A DNA stretch of 64,000 nt from Eledone cirrhosa (taxonomy: Eukaryota), in the NCBI GenBank assembly GCA_964016885.1, contig OZ024742.1, positions 255,316,001 to 255,380,000 of the forward strand, written 5' to 3'. The notes under the pieces were generated by a model. That model worked only from the letters and a program-made list of their open reading frames with translations. It searched no databases and was not told where the DNA came from. The translations under genes were made by a program, and so were the position numbers. This document shows, piece by piece, positions 14,331 through 29,055 of the stretch. How positions within the stretch are numbered: position 1 is the stretch's first letter; every line of letters begins with the position of its first letter.

Positions 14331-14574
14331 TAAAATTGTTACTAATTCAATTACTACTATATTTATTAATACTCATATTACAACTGCTAAAGAAACTACT
14401 ACAATTATTACTACAATGACTATGACTATGTCTACATTTTATCAATTTCTATAAATTATTACATTAGAATAGTGGCTAAAATGTGGGATGTTGGGTGTGG
14501 CATATTTAATATAAATTTTTAACTAAATAAATATATATGTCCAAGTGTGATTGTGCGATTTTCAATATGTGTAT

Positions 14575-14596
14575 ATTTGTGTGTGTGTATGTATGG

Positions 14597-14655
<59 letters not shown>

Positions 14656-14657
14656 CA

Positions 14658-14700
<43 letters not shown>

Positions 14701-14908
14701 ATACACACACACAGATACATATATTTGTTAGTGGCTAGATGTGTGAATGCATCAGATATATGTAATTTTAATTTTTCTGTATTTTTAATATATCTAAAAT
14801 CTAATCTTTATTTACATACAAATAAAAATATATTAAGTGATTAAATAAATAAAAATAACAATATAGAAATACATATGTATGTAGATACATACACGCATAC
14901 ATATATGA

Positions 14909-14939
<31 letters not shown>

Positions 14940-14942
14940 CAC

Positions 14943-14983
<41 letters not shown>

Positions 14984-15420
14984 CATATATATACATACAC
15001 ACATATATATATATTTATACACACACGCATGCACACATAAACGCACACACATACGCACACGCGCACACGCGCACACACACAATACGCGCGCGCACGCACA
15101 CACGTACACACACATATCTGAATATGTAATAAATGGATATTTCCACATTGAAATGTTTTTATTTAATCGCTTAATTTATTTTTTCTTTGACTGTAAATAG
15201 AGATTACTTGTGTGTGGTATATACACATACGCACACGCACACACGCACACACGCACACACGCACGCACACACACATATATCAGAGGTAAATAATGTATGT
15301 ATATATATATAGGATTGGTTATGCAAATCAGAGAAACAAAACTCAATACATGGGTAGAGTTATTTACTTTATAGCAATAATATACATACACACACTACCC
15401 CCATATATATGTGTGTGTGT
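14575..15420. repeat. Compound (TA)n/(CA)n/(GCAC)n microsatellite region
   Basis: Seen directly; this is the source of several spurious ORFs. Confidence 0.95.
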
Positions 15421-15432
15421 ACATATTTATAT

Positions 15433-15532
15433 ACTGTCCTGAAAAAATGTATACACACTTTAACAGCATTCTAATAAATATTGCCTGTACAGATAATTAA
15501 AGTATGTATACATTTTGGCAGGACACCCTGTA
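15433..15532. mobile_element. Short Tc1/mariner-type MITE
   Basis: Inverted arms TGTCCTGAAAAAATGTATACACACTTTAA / TTAAAGTATGTATACATTTTGGCAGGACACCCTGTA in a TA context. Confidence 0.6.
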
Positions 15533-16479
15533 TATGGTTTTTACATCTGTTTTTCCAAAGCTGGCACTTAATTCCAGCTTTTAACCTTTCAGTTATGCTG
15601 GGGAGCCCTACTTTACAGAGAGCACTGGATGAATTTTATCCTGGCACCAAAAGTAGAGAAGTTGTGTCCATGACAACAACTGAAGCATCTTACCAACCTT
15701 TGTTTAACAGGTTTTCTATGGATTGGTGACTTTCCTAGCACTATGGTAATGTCATTTAACAAAATGCATACATAGTATCTATTGGTATTATTGCTGCTAA
15801 GGGTGGTGTATTGGAAGACTTAATAGAGTGTCGGACGATATGGTTTATGGCATGTGGTAAATAAATATCTCTTAGAGACAAATGCTGCACTCTTGGAATA
15901 ACCTCAGTGTGAGTGTGTGTCTGTGAAACATATACACCATGTCTGAACACAAAGGAACCAAACTCCCATTGTCACTGCGTCCGTCTCTCTCGCTCTCTCT
16001 ATCTCTCACTATTATGAGCAAATGAGAACCACCCGGCGGCCCCAGTGGACAGAATAGAGAAGGTGATTTATTGGAGGATGGTGAAGGAAATGTACTGGAA
16101 GAGCCATTCCGCTCGGCAGGCTCACACCTGCGAGTAGCCAACTCTGTGCCAATGGTGGTGAGTTAGGAGGTGTCCCTAGGGCAAAGGACACCAGAAGGCT
16201 CCACTGCTATGAGCTTATTATAGCTCTTTACTTTCAGAATTCTAAGCCCACTGAAACTACATTGCCTAGGGTACTTGGATAAGTTTATTTCATTTTAATG
16301 AAAGAGTTCCCTGGGGACATAAACCCCTGCTGAAAATGTTTTCGCTTCGATTTATATGAAATTTAAACCATAGGTAAATGCAAGATACGATGCCAATTCA
16401 CAAAATTTCAGCAAATTTCAATAATATTAAGACACCATAATGGGGCTAAAGCCCTTATAGAGAAAATTTTGGCCAATAA

Positions 16480-17198
16480 ATGGAACAAGATGTATTGTAA
16501 AAAGATTGCATGAGAACTTGATTGAAGCAACCATTATATTCAGGGCTTACAAAGATCAAGCTCTTCTCATTTGGAGGATTCCACTTATGCCAAGTGATTG
16601 CGAGTTACCTTTTACATTTAAGAGGCTGCAGTTCCCAGTGAGACCATGCTTTGCCATGAGGATCAATAAGAGTCAAGGCCAAACTTTCAAAACTATTGGT
16701 ATATATCTGACAAACCCATGTTTCAGTCATGGCATGTTTTATGTGGCTGTTTCAAGGACTGGAACTTCAAAAAATCTCTACATTTTAGCCAATCAAAGAA
16801 AAGCAAGAAACGTTGTTTACCCTGAAGTTCTTCATTAGCACAAAGTATGAAATATATTTTCATGTATTTATTATGTTAAAAAATAAATAATTAAACTTTG
16901 AATTTCTAATTTTCAAATAATGCTTTACACAAAAATGAAATGATCAAGTTTTGAATTGATATTTTGAAAAAAAAATATTTACAAGAAACAAAATAAGAAT
17001 AAGATTTAATAATGTAATTTTGATTTGATATATTACAAAAAATAATGTTTTCCAATTTTTCATGCATTACATTTTACATTGAGTAATATTGAAATGCAAA
17101 GTTTTTCTCCATAAATTATATCGCTGATTTAAAATCAATCATCATTTTCTTACAAAATAAATGTGTGAAATGCAGCAATGTGCGGGTAATTCGGCTAG
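16480..17198 (+). mobile_element. Helitron 3' fragment (PIF1 helicase C-terminus)
   Basis: ORF 16506-16838 reads RIPLMPSD..LPFTFKRLQFPVRPCFAMRINKSQGQT...FSHGMFYVAVSR...NVVYPEVL. Terminal CTAG|T at 17195-17198 follows a GC-rich segment. Confidence 0.9.
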
Positions 17199-17247
17199 TA
17201 TGTTAATGTTATCACAGTTACTCTATAGTATTTGTTTATGTTATCAC

Positions 17248-17450
17248 AGTGGTGGATTGGCTGTATTGGTGGAGCATCGGACAACATGCTTTATGGTATA
17301 GAGTTACGGTCTTTTACGATCTGAGTTCAAATCCTGCCGAGATTAGCTTTGTCTTTCATCCTTATAGGATCGATAAAAAAAGTACCAGTAATGCACTGGG
17401 GACGATTTAATCGACTCTCCCCTCCTCCAAAATTGATGGCTTTGTGCATA
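17248..17450 (+). mobile_element. Family-A SINE inserted in a degenerate ~32-bp tandem repeat (17200-17640)
   Basis: A/B boxes and core motif present. The flanks repeat GTTAATGTTATCACAG..TATAGTATCT. Confidence 0.75.
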
Positions 17451-17823
17451 AAGCCTAAATCACAACCAATGTTATCACAACTCTATTATAGCATCTGTTA
17501 TTATTATTACTGCTAAATTATAGTATCTGTTAAATATAGTATCGATTAATGTTATCTCAGCTAATCTAAAGTATCTGTTAATGTTATCACTGCTAAAGTA
17601 TAGTATTAATTAATTTCATCACAGTTGGGTTATAGTATATTCAAACATGGTGTACATATTTTTGGTCATTTAAATAGCAATTTTCGAGAAGTCCTCTAAG
17701 TAGTCATATGAGTTATGGCCCTTTATGTTCTGAGCTCAAATCCCTCCAAGATTAGCTTTTCCTTGCATCATTACGGGGTTGATAAAAGTAGAAACAATTA
17801 TTATCATTATTAATTTTTTTCAA

Positions 17824-18015
17824 GGGCGGTGGTTTGGCAGTATCGGTAGAGGGTCAGACACCATGCTTTGACGCATAGAGTTACGGCGCTTGCCATTCTG
17901 AGTTGAAATCCCGCCGAGTTTAACTTTACCTTTCATCCTTACGGGGTCGATAAAATAAAGTACCAGTAATGCACTGGAATAATTGCTGGCCTTGTGCCAA
18001 AAGTAGAAACAATTA
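17824..18015 (+). mobile_element. Family-A tRNA-derived SINE, full length
   Basis: GGGCGGTGGTTTGGCAGTATCGGTAGAG...CCTTTCATCCTTACGGGGTCGATAAAATAAAGTACC...AAGTAGAAACAAT. Confidence 0.9.
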
Positions 18016-20041
18016 TTAATTTTTTCATTCTTTTCATCTACAAATTCTCCTGAAACCCAGCCTCTACACCCACCAGGACCCTTTTCAATCATGTTTATAC
18101 CTATCATCATCATCACTGTTTTACGTCAATGTCTCTACGCTAGCATGGGTTAGATGGTTGCCCTGTTGTGGGCAATGCCAGGTCAGGTGACCATGTCTTG
18201 CTCATGCAGGACTGATTTTGGCTCGGTTTCTACAGCTGGATGCCCTTCCTAACACCAAACCTCATTTATATTACCATCCTAGCACTCCCTAAAAATAATG
18301 TTGATTTCTTGACACAAGGGATACATACACACACTCTAAAGGACAACAGAAAAATTCCATATCCAGTCTTAACTTTTTTCAGCTTCTTTCACAAATTTCA
18401 AACACTGATCTTTACCCTCAATTAAACCCCCCACTAAATACCCACACACACACAAAAAAAAATACACATGAAAAATGGCATCTGGACCATTATTATGAAT
18501 AGAAAAAACCTTTTCTATTTTTAATCAAGTGAATTCAGTTTAAGCCTTAACCTGTTGAATACCACCACACCTTCATACATATATATCATCATTGCCGTTT
18601 TACGTCCATTCTTCAACGCATGGGTTAGACGGGTTGTCCTGTTGTGGGCAATGTCCAGTTGGCTGACCTTGTCTTGTTCATACAGGAACTGATTCTGGTT
18701 TGATTTCTACAGCTGGATTCCCTTCCTAACACCAACCTCAATTACAGTGAGTGCTGGGTGCTTTTTTTCCGTGGTGCCTACACGTCCACTTTACAGTGTG
18801 GGCTGGGTGCTTTTTTATATATAAGAAGAAATTCTAACAGAGAATTCACATATATTCAAACTGCTCACAGAATATATGAAAAAAACTTTTTTAATATTTG
18901 ATATTTGATAAGATTGTTATACAAATCAAAACCGGTTATATTTAATGCAACAATTCTAAAATTGTTCATTCTGTTGAAAAAAATAGCCTTATACTTCTGT
19001 GCTTTTTCACCTTTACATTTTAACTATAAGTTATACGGTAATAAGAATACTGTATTCCAATGATTTGATCACAGACACACACTGTATTTAAGGTCGAGTG
19101 ATGCAATTTTGAGTGATCAGCTGCATTTAAACTCACCTGATCAATGAAACAATTGTTAATACTGTAAATAAAAGCCTTTTTGTACTGCTGACCATGTTAT
19201 TCTTCACTCTTTCACTACTATATATATATATATATATATATTAGAATTGTTGCTCTGAAATAGCTATATATATATGAATGTATATATAGTGTATTTTGCA
19301 ATACACTGTATGCTTAATAAAAAGCATTTTGAAGACCTTATGCTATTGTTTTAGAGTAGTGACAGACTCACTTACTTTAATTTCAGCAAACAGGGGGAGA
19401 TAAAGCTGACAAAGCCTTGTTTCTGCATTTATTGATGCTTATCAAAGCCAACTACTCCTTCCGTTTGCTGAGAACCTGGATGTTTTGGTTCTTGTTTGTT
19501 GTTTGATAGTGGGATACTGTTTATAGAGATATTTAAGTGTTGTTTCTGTAAGGTGATTTTATGTCTGAACACTACTCTACTGAAGGAAGCAAATCTAAAC
19601 TATAATAAAGTAAGAAGCGTGGGACTGTGTACGGTTTATAATTTTTTATCCCCTTAAGTTCTTAAGCAAGATGTGTGTCCCAATCCATGATTTGTTCTGT
19701 TAAGACTCATTCAAGCTATGCTAACATGGCAAAATGGACCTTAAATTTTGATGATTATGTTAGTAAAGTTTCTATTTATGTAAGATGACAACATCAGCAA
19801 CAAGAAGGATTGAGGCTATTGCTTCCTTATGAGGTAAAAGTGTTTTGAATATACTAATTGTGTGAGTATGATTGGTTTACATCTTCATGTTGTTGTTTTC
19901 TCTATCCTCACACATATATACAACACACACACAAACTCCGTGTGTGTGTGTGTGATGATATGTATATATATATATATATGCGCATGAGTGTGTGTCTATA
20001 TGTGAGTCTGTCATGAAATACATCTGTACACATACACACAA

Positions 20042-20112
<71 letters not shown>

Positions 20113-20445
20113 AACATATCATTGATGTACATATCACCCAATATATATAATATAACATACATAACATACATTATAATATAGAAGAATATTTAATCTAAAT
20201 TTACCAAAAATAAATGACCATTCTCAACATCATCTTCTTTCCTCTGACAAATCAATGTGAAATATTTGATCAGAACCCAATCGAACCATTCACTAAGACA
20301 TATCAGATAATAATCAATAGTTTTCCATGACATATGGAATTTTGACAATTCTTTTTCTTTAGACGACAAAAATTAACCCATCCTTCACCATTCTACACAC
20401 TTCTCTCTTCTCTCTCTTTCTTTCTCACCCTCGATTTTACCTTCT

Positions 20446-20774
20446 GTGTGTGTATGTATGTGTGTATATGTGTGTGTGTGTGTGCATGTGCATGTGTGTG
20501 TGTGTGTGTGTGTCTTCCTGTATTTCTCATTCTGTGTGTGTGTCTTTCTCTCTCCCTCAGTTTCTCCTTATGAGTGTGTCTCTTTCTCTCTTTTCTTCTA
20601 TTTTTCCTTCTCTCTATATGTGTATCTCCTTCTCTCTATATGTGTATCTCCTTCTCTCTATTTCTCCTTCTGTGTGTATAACTCTCTCTCTCTCTATCTC
20701 TCTCCCTCTCTCTCCCCTTTTCTTTGTATGTGTCTCTCCCTCTCTCTCATGCTATTTCTTCTTCTCTGTGTATG

Positions 20775-20807
<33 letters not shown>

Positions 20808-21084
20808 CTTCCTGTATTTCTCATTCTGTGTGTGTGTCTTTCTCTCTCCCTCAGTTTCTCCTTATGAGTGTGTCTCTTTCTCTCTTTTCTTCTATTTTTC
20901 CTTCTCTCTATATGTGTATCTCCCTCTCTCTATTTCTCCTTCTGTGTGTATAACTCTCTCTCTATCTATCTATCTATCTCTATCTCTCTCTCTCTCTCCC
21001 TCTCTCTCCCTCTCTCTCCCCTCTTCTTTGTATGTGTCTCTCCCTCTCTCTTATGCTATTTCTTCTTCTCTGTATATGTGTATG

Positions 21085-21157
<73 letters not shown>

Positions 21158-21195
21158 CTCTCTTCCTCTCTATGTTACTGTCTCTCTCTCTCAAC
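20446..21195. repeat. (GT)n/(CT)n low-complexity tract containing a ~294-bp tandem duplication
   Basis: TCTTCCTGTATTTCTCATTCTG...CAGTTTCTCCTTATGAG starts at both 20513 and 20807. Confidence 0.9.
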
Positions 21196-21490
21196 AAAAT
21201 AAAAATATGTTATGAAATGAAATATGTTTGGTTGGCATTTTGGTTTATTATCATTATATATATTTTATTTTTGCATAAATATATTTCTGGAAATATTCTT
21301 TGTATTTTTTTTTTTACAATTATATATTATTATTATTATTGTGTTATTTTTCAATCTGAATAATGTAAACTTGAATAGAATATTTCATTTTCCATTGTTT
21401 AACGATGAGAATGCAGGTTTCTATCACAATCAGATTATATTATATGTCTATATATATATATGTGTGTGTGGATTTATGTATATACATATG

Positions 21491-21533
<43 letters not shown>

Positions 21534-22053
21534 TTGATATTCTATGCTATCTTCTGCACTTTATATATGTGTGTGTGTCTGTGTGTACAGCATGTCGTCA
21601 TTTATACAACATACGCTCTCCAACAGGGTATTGTTCATATTTCTCATGTATCTTATTCATTTCTTTTGTTTCTCTTCTTTAATATAAAGGTTTAACCTGA
21701 AACTTTAAATCTCTTCTTCCCTTACTGATGTATTTCCTCAGTAATACATTTTGTCCTTATTTGTATGTATATATTTGGTCAACCATGTGTCTTTTTTTTC
21801 AATATTTTCACTTTTTCTTTACCTTATTTTAAACCCTCATGTTTTATCTGTTTGATCCACTGTACATATAAGTATTCTACATAGGACTTAAGTGTCCTCA
21901 GACATGTCTTTGATATCCAAGTTGTCAGCAGAAGGACATCCAGGAGTCAAACACTGAAACAGTTGAATAAGGAGAGTGAGGACTCTCTGAAGAGCTTCTG
22001 TTCTGCTGTTCAACTCTCCCTAGAGATTCTTGTTGCTATATCTATATAGAGAG

Positions 22054-22198
22054 AGAAGTACTTCCACAACAGTTAGTTCACCATACCAAGAACAAATGTT
22101 TCAGCTTATTTGAATCGTCAACTTGGTCTAAAAAGAATCCGAATAAGGTGAAACATTTGTTCTCAGTATGGTGAACTAACTGTTGTGGAACTACTTCT
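22054..22198. repeat. Long hairpin / MITE-like inverted repeat
   Basis: Arms of ~60 bp: AGAAGTACTTCCACAACAGTTAGTTCACCATAC..AGAACAAATGTTTCA and its reverse complement, with a ~20-nt loop. Confidence 0.85.
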
Positions 22199-25054
22199 AC
22201 CAAACTCGTTGCTGGTTACTGAGTGCTCTACTACTGTAGATATAACCCACCAGTATTCTACTATTATATATATATAAATGAAAAGTATAGAAATTATTGT
22301 GAGCAAGAAGCCAACAGTATTCCATAATATATATATATGTATAAACAAAATGAACGAACAAACAAAAAGATGCAATAACATAAAGTTTATTAGTTTCACA
22401 GTTGGTGAGATATATATATACACAAACACATATATTTAAAAATATATATATAAACATTTTTTTTTACTTACCTTCCTCTTCTGACTCTTGTCTATCTTTC
22501 TATCTTTCTTTTTACCCCTTATTCTATTTTCTAATCAAAGACTATTGTCTGGAATGTTATGACTCTTCCCCTACTATATGAAGTGTTTATCTAATTTATA
22601 TCCTTATTGTATGGATTTGGTAAAGGTGCATATATCCAGTTTTTGCCATCTCATGGAGTTCTTTGCCCAACTTCTTAAATTTTTTTTATAATGAGCAAAT
22701 TTTACTGTTGTCATTTGCATTGGAACAAGTACATTAAAGTGGTAGTGTGGGTGTCATTATTAAAACACACCAAGTACTCTCTGTAAAGTGGTAGTGCTGG
22801 TGCCATGAGACAAGAGAGAGTCTTTCTAATTAACATCAAATAAATCATACATTATGCCCTACATTAAACCATCATAATTGGGCCTCTGTTGGAAACATTT
22901 TCTCTTCTCTACAGTATAACATTATAAGTTGTCATCTGTTAAATATATCTGCTCTACATAACAACACTAGCCACTTGTTTGGTTCTTTCGTCAGTTTAAA
23001 TGTGATGATGAATATTCTAAACAATAATGATAACAAACAAAAACATAAAATACAGCAAAACAAAAAAAACAATAGCTAGAACTTAAATTATAACAACAGC
23101 AACAATACAACAAAGCCAAAGAAATACCCTAGGGTAAGTTGCAATAAAGAACATTTTAATGAGAGACAGTGATTGTTAGTTGGGGAGGCAATGAACTACG
23201 AACCAATAAATCATGTGTTGAATACAGCTTGTTATGAAACATTATTATGTCATGTCTCTAGACAAAGGCCCAGATAGATGGACATTATTATTTTCAATCA
23301 AGTATATTTCCCCATAGAAGCATCCTACTCAAACATATTAAATAATTCATTTTCCTTTGGCAACACCAACATATCTGAGTTGTAGGAGGGAGAAATCTTT
23401 TAAACTATCTCTTGGGAAGCCAATTACCCACATTGGTCTCTTAAAAAATTTCTAGTGAATATATTTTTCTGTATTATTTCTTTTACCTAGCAGAAATAAA
23501 TTGGTGTTACTCCAATTTCATAGTTTTAACTGAGACTGTTACTAGCAAATATGTACATTTATATATGTGTTAAGAAAATATCTTTCTATGTAGTGAAGAG
23601 GGTTGTTCTAATCTGTTACATGACTTGGCATGGGTGCATGTAGGCTTTGTATTAGAAAATCTAGGCCTAGTAATATTCCAGGGAATGGAAAACATAACTG
23701 AGAGAAGGCATATTGTAGGACTAGACTAAAGCACTCCTCTTGGGTACACTGTATCCTTTCCGGTCATATGAGACAACTACAAGGGTTGGGACCAGGCAGG
23801 ACATCCAGCTATAAAACAGTGCCTCAGAAAGGAACTTATGATGTGTAGCATTTGTGATGAGGCTTGCATGTCTAACCCCTGTTTTAGCAGAGAAACTGAC
23901 TTTAAAACACACTCAATACCCCTACCACCACCATCATCATCATCTTAAAATCAGCTTCATTTTCTGGCATGAGTTGGACAGGACTTTTTGAGACAATGCT
24001 TACCAGCTAGATGCCCTTCCTGACACTATCCCCTTTAGTTGTTTCTTATGACATGCAAGGATATTGTGTACCTATACTAAATTGGACACAGTTAAATGAG
24101 TGTTAGTTATTAATAGCACTTCTAATTTAAGCACAAGACCGGCAACAGGTAAATATCTGAACCTCATGATCATGATCATTATCATTTTATATTTGTTTTT
24201 CCATTATTGCTTGGGTTCCACAGGTCTTTTTCAGCACAGCATCCTTCCACTCATTATGTTCTTATGTTATCTTCTCAGTGAGCTTCAGTGATATATTATC
24301 ACCTCTCACCACCTCCACCCAGGTCTTCCTTGGTCTTCCTCTACTGCAGCTTCTTTTCACTGAGATTTCCTCCTCGAAATTTTCCTGCATTTCTTTCTTG
24401 TTATGTCTTGTGCTTTATTCTTTTAACCTTGAAATGATGCAAGGCAAAGTTGACTTTGGCTGCATTGGAATCCAGAACATCAAAAGCTCTAAGTACCACA
24501 AGTAAGTTTCCCAAATGTTTTAACAATACTGCCTACATGCAACCCTTACTTACTCTGCCATATCTTATTGCTTTCTATTTTAGATTTAAAATCTTCTAGA
24601 ATGCTAATCAACCTTTTTCTTAACATATTTCTAATGAAAGACATTGCTTATGGTTTACAAATCTTTTTGTAAATAATCAAGAATTTAAAAGGATTTAGTA
24701 GTGTAACTAATTAAAACTAGTGGACACAATGTGGCCAAATATTTAAGAAGTTTGCTTCACAATCGTTAGGTCCCTGGTTCATTGAATCTTGAGCAAATAT
24801 CATCTTCAAGTTGACCCACATCTAGTAAGTAAAATTGGGAAAACAGAAATATTTGGAAGCTTCTCAGATGAACTGTATCTGTAATTCAAAGGGCCAGTCT
24901 TTTTGCACAGTGTATTACTCTGAATTTCCTTGAGAATTATGTTAAATGTTCACATATCTGTAGAATGCTCAGTCACTGACATGTAGTTTTCATGAGCAGG
25001 CTGTTCTGTTCATCAAACACACTTCGCTGGAACTAGCAAAGGTCCATTTCAAAT

Positions 25055-25240
25055 GTGGATTGGCAGTATCGGTAGAGTGTCAGATGCCATGCTTTGACAC
25101 AGAGTTATGGCCCTTGCCATTCTGAGTTCAAATCCCGCCGAGGTTAACTTTACCTTTCATCCTTACGGGGTCGATAAAATAAAGTACCAATAATGCACTG
25201 GGTAATTGCTGGCCTTGTGCCAAAAAGTAGAAACAATTAT
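25055..25240 (+). mobile_element. Family-A tRNA-derived SINE
   Basis: Nearly identical to 17824-18015. Confidence 0.9.
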
Positions 25241-28200
25241 TAAACTGGTGCTTGGAATATACCTTAACAACAGTTTTTACAGGAACTTATGTTGGAAGGT
25301 TTTTAGATAAATATAAACATTTTGTATCATAGAGCCAGGGGTAATTTGGTGGGTTGGATTCAAAAGGGTTCATATGAAGTATCCATTAAAAACATAAACT
25401 TTGAGTATTTGATTTTTATTTTCAGAAATTATTGTCATCATTACCAATGTTTTGCAGCCATATTTCTTGTTGGATAGGTTATCATGTACTGACAGGTCTT
25501 ACAACTACAGTCTACTTATACATTCTAGCTTGGTTGGCATTAAGTTGCCCTACTTAATGCCAACTACTTGGAAGCATGTACGATGTGCATTGTACTGTGT
25601 GACACTAGCAACACTATTTTACAGAGTGGACTGGGTACATTCTTTTGTGGCTCCAACTCTACAACTTGCAGCAATGATATAAAATTGTGAATTCTTACAT
25701 AGATTCTGGATGTTGAATTTTGTAATAAAAACTAATAAGAAGAGCAACCCAATGTCATAATGAGGTAGCAATGGGACCATAACAAAATTGTAACCAGTCC
25801 ACTCTGTAAAGTTGTAGTGCTGGTGAGAGAGAGAGAGATTTTATAAAAATATTTGCAAGAAGGATGACTATGTTGGTAAGGATGTGTTGTTTGTATAGAG
25901 AGAACAACAACTGCCTAAACATGTACAGAGATTGACATGTGGTTTGTATGGAGAGAATGATGGCTGTATGAGGTCGAATCAGGGCCTTCTCACTCCTGTT
26001 GGGGGAACATCTCCCTGGTTAACCTCTACCACTTTCATGGGTCCGTTAGCTATAAAATAATTATACATATTCATTTTAAAAAATGTGAGTACACATATTT
26101 CTCAGGAGTACATATATTCATTCGAACATCAGTTCACAAACGCCTATCATCAGAACATAATACATCTTAGTTCATGAACAGTATCTCAAGTAACAAACAA
26201 TCAAGCCAGAAATTATGGTTGGCAACAAGCTTGGAGTATCAGTGAGAAAGTTTCACTTACTGTTTAGTTAGTTACTATGGTGATATCTATCTGTCTTTCA
26301 CACACAGTCTCTCTCACTGTATTTCCCAGCATTTCATATGGGGAAAATAGTTTTGGTTTACAAACATTGGGTGACAAACTGCCTTCTGGAATAAATTACA
26401 TTCTTGAACAGAGGTTCCATTGTATACATATATATATACAAAATAAGGAGAATTTTCTTTGTAGAAATAACTATTAAAGTTCATGAGCTGATCATTAGAT
26501 TCGACCAAAGAAATAATGTTGCCAATAGTTGTTCCATTGCTGATTTTATCTGTAACACCTGGCAGAAGGTGACGGATGTGAATTCAAAATACACAGAACC
26601 AAATCAGAATCCACACAGCATCCGGGCTGAGACTCATTTAACAATTCTGTCAAACCACCACATATAAACTTGTACTCTATCACCCATAGAAAGGATGAAA
26701 GGCAAAGTTGAACTAAGAGTACAGCAAGCCAGAACAAACATCAAGACCCATCATTCCACTTCTTATGAACTGGTATTTTATCAACCATAGAAAGAATGAA
26801 AGGCAATGTTGAACTGGGAATACAGCAAGCCAGAACAAACTGTTGATAATCTAATGTTGTAAATAAGGTTATCTTGGGCAACTAAACCTGGTGGAGCCTT
26901 TCTGTATCTGAAACTGAACACAACCAATTTCTTCCAGTGAAAGAAAGTATGAGTTAGAAGTAGAGGAAGAAATGACCCTAGTATTTAACTGATATATGGT
27001 TGACCTTAAAAGAATGAAAGGCAAAGCTGACATCAACAGAATTTGGACTCAGAACACAGAGCTAGAACCAATACCAGCCTGACATGAACTGGCTCTGGTT
27101 CTATGAAACTAAACCACCCATTTTAAAAGTTTCCTATTTAAATTAAAATCTTCCAACATAATTTTATTTAAGAAGCATATGTTATGTTACTATCTAAGAA
27201 ATAAAATGATTAATAATTCTAGCAAATCCCTCAAAATTCCTTATTAATTAATTGAAATAGATTGTATATCATTAGAAGTACCATCATGAAAAGGTTAAAG
27301 GGGTCCTATATTAAAATCTTCCAAGATAATTTATATAAGAACCATATGTTACATTACTGTCTTAGTAATGAAATCATCAATAATTTTAGTAAATGCCAAG
27401 ATTCTTCATAAATCAATTAAAATAAAGTGTATCTCATTGGAAATATAATCATAGATGGTTTAATTCAAGTCACTGCCAAACAGTTAAATATAATCATCAT
27501 CATATTAAAATAAGAATTTTCTCTCTTTTTTTGTATCCATGTGTGCATTAAAAATACTTCCTGTCACATTATTTCTTTGGACAGAATTGAACCACAGATT
27601 GGTGAAAAAGAATTATTACATGTTATTGTTCACAGCTGCTTTTAGAATGGTAAACTTTGACACAAGGCAAACATATTTTGGTGGGAGTGTACAAATTCTG
27701 TTTTGATTGTTACTTATTTTAACACCACCATTGTGACAGGATTAAAGATATGATGGAAATAGGTATATGAAAAAGTGGATCTCCGTCAGTTTTCACGATG
27801 AATACACCTGGTGTTCAAGTAACAGAACAGCCTGCTCGTGAATTAATATGTAAGTACCTGATCATTCGACAGAAAATCTAATTATTAGGGAGATGACACA
27901 TGACACATTGTGTGACAGAACAGGCCCTTTGAATTACAAGTACAATCCATCATGTATTATAGCATAAGTAGCTGAGCAATCCACAAGCAGATGCACCCTT
28001 AACTCTTTAAGCATTTAAATTTGTTTTGGTGTGCTGTAAGAAATTGAAACTAACAAAGGAAATAAATAAATAGAGGGATGCTATACTAAAGAGGACTTAT
28101 CTAACTCATACAACCATGGGAAAACAATGGAAATAATTCATAAAAAATCTTTCAATCATAAGGTTATGGAAGAACCATTGCTAACTTGTTTCAAATGCCA

Positions 28201-28779
28201 TCTTAATAAAAAACATTTTACTAAATCCCTTCAAATTCTTGTCATCATTAACCCTTTAGCATTTAAACCAACCATATCCAGCCAGAATTCACTCACCTCT
28301 TTCTGTTCAAACCGGCTATAACCAGCTGTTCATATTTATGTAAAGATATTGTTCTCAAAATATATAATATCAAACTCTCGTAGATTTGATATTATGTAAG
28401 ATAATTATGTGAAATAAAGTGTTTACTGTGAAAATATAATAGTAAATATAGAGTAATGTACATGCTAAAGGGTTAATGCCATGTGTGACAAAATTAGCAT
28501 GTTGAATTATAGGCATAGTCCAAACAACAGATTTCCAAACAGTTTCACTCACTAGTCATACATTAGCTTGAGGTTTATGGTAAATGATACTTGTTCAAGA
28601 TGCTATGCAGTGAAATTGAACCTTGGAGGATCCATTTTAAAATTCGTTTGGATTTCTACATTTTAAACAGGAAACTATAATTTTGCAAAAACAAAATTTC
28701 AGTTTTTTTATCCTCCTCTCTTTTCCCTAACATCAAAATAACTACAGTTTAGCACCACTCACCCTCCCAGTATGTGTTT

Positions 28780-29055
28780 CCTTAACTCTTTCATTACCAT
28801 ATTTCTCATGAAAGACACTGCCTATGTTAAACCCTTTTATTACATATTTCTCATGAAAGACACTGCCTATGTTAAACCCTTTTATTACATATTTCTCATA
28901 AAACACACTGCCTATGTTAAACCCTTTTGTTCAATATTTCTCATGAAAGACACTGCCTATATTTAAAGCTTTCATTACCGTATTTCTAAGGAAGACACTG
29001 TCTATGGTTAAACCTTTTAATGTCATATTTCTCATGAAAGCTACTGCCTATGATT
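28780..29055 (+). repeat. 45-bp minisatellite (about 6 copies) at the end of a dispersed AT-rich element
   Basis: ATTTCTCATGAAAGACACTGCCTATGTTAAACCCTTTTATTACAT at 28801, 28846, 28891 and onward. The downstream body recurs with a single unit at ~24610 and ~31980. Confidence 0.9.

Noticed and set aside
16506-16838. Host PIF1 helicase gene
   Set aside because: An intronless C-terminal fragment followed by a Helitron-type CTAG end.
20446-21363. 305-aa ORF and other Y/I/C/V-rich ORFs (for example 3196-3828, 14519-15391, 19877-20171)
   Set aside because: Translations of microsatellites.
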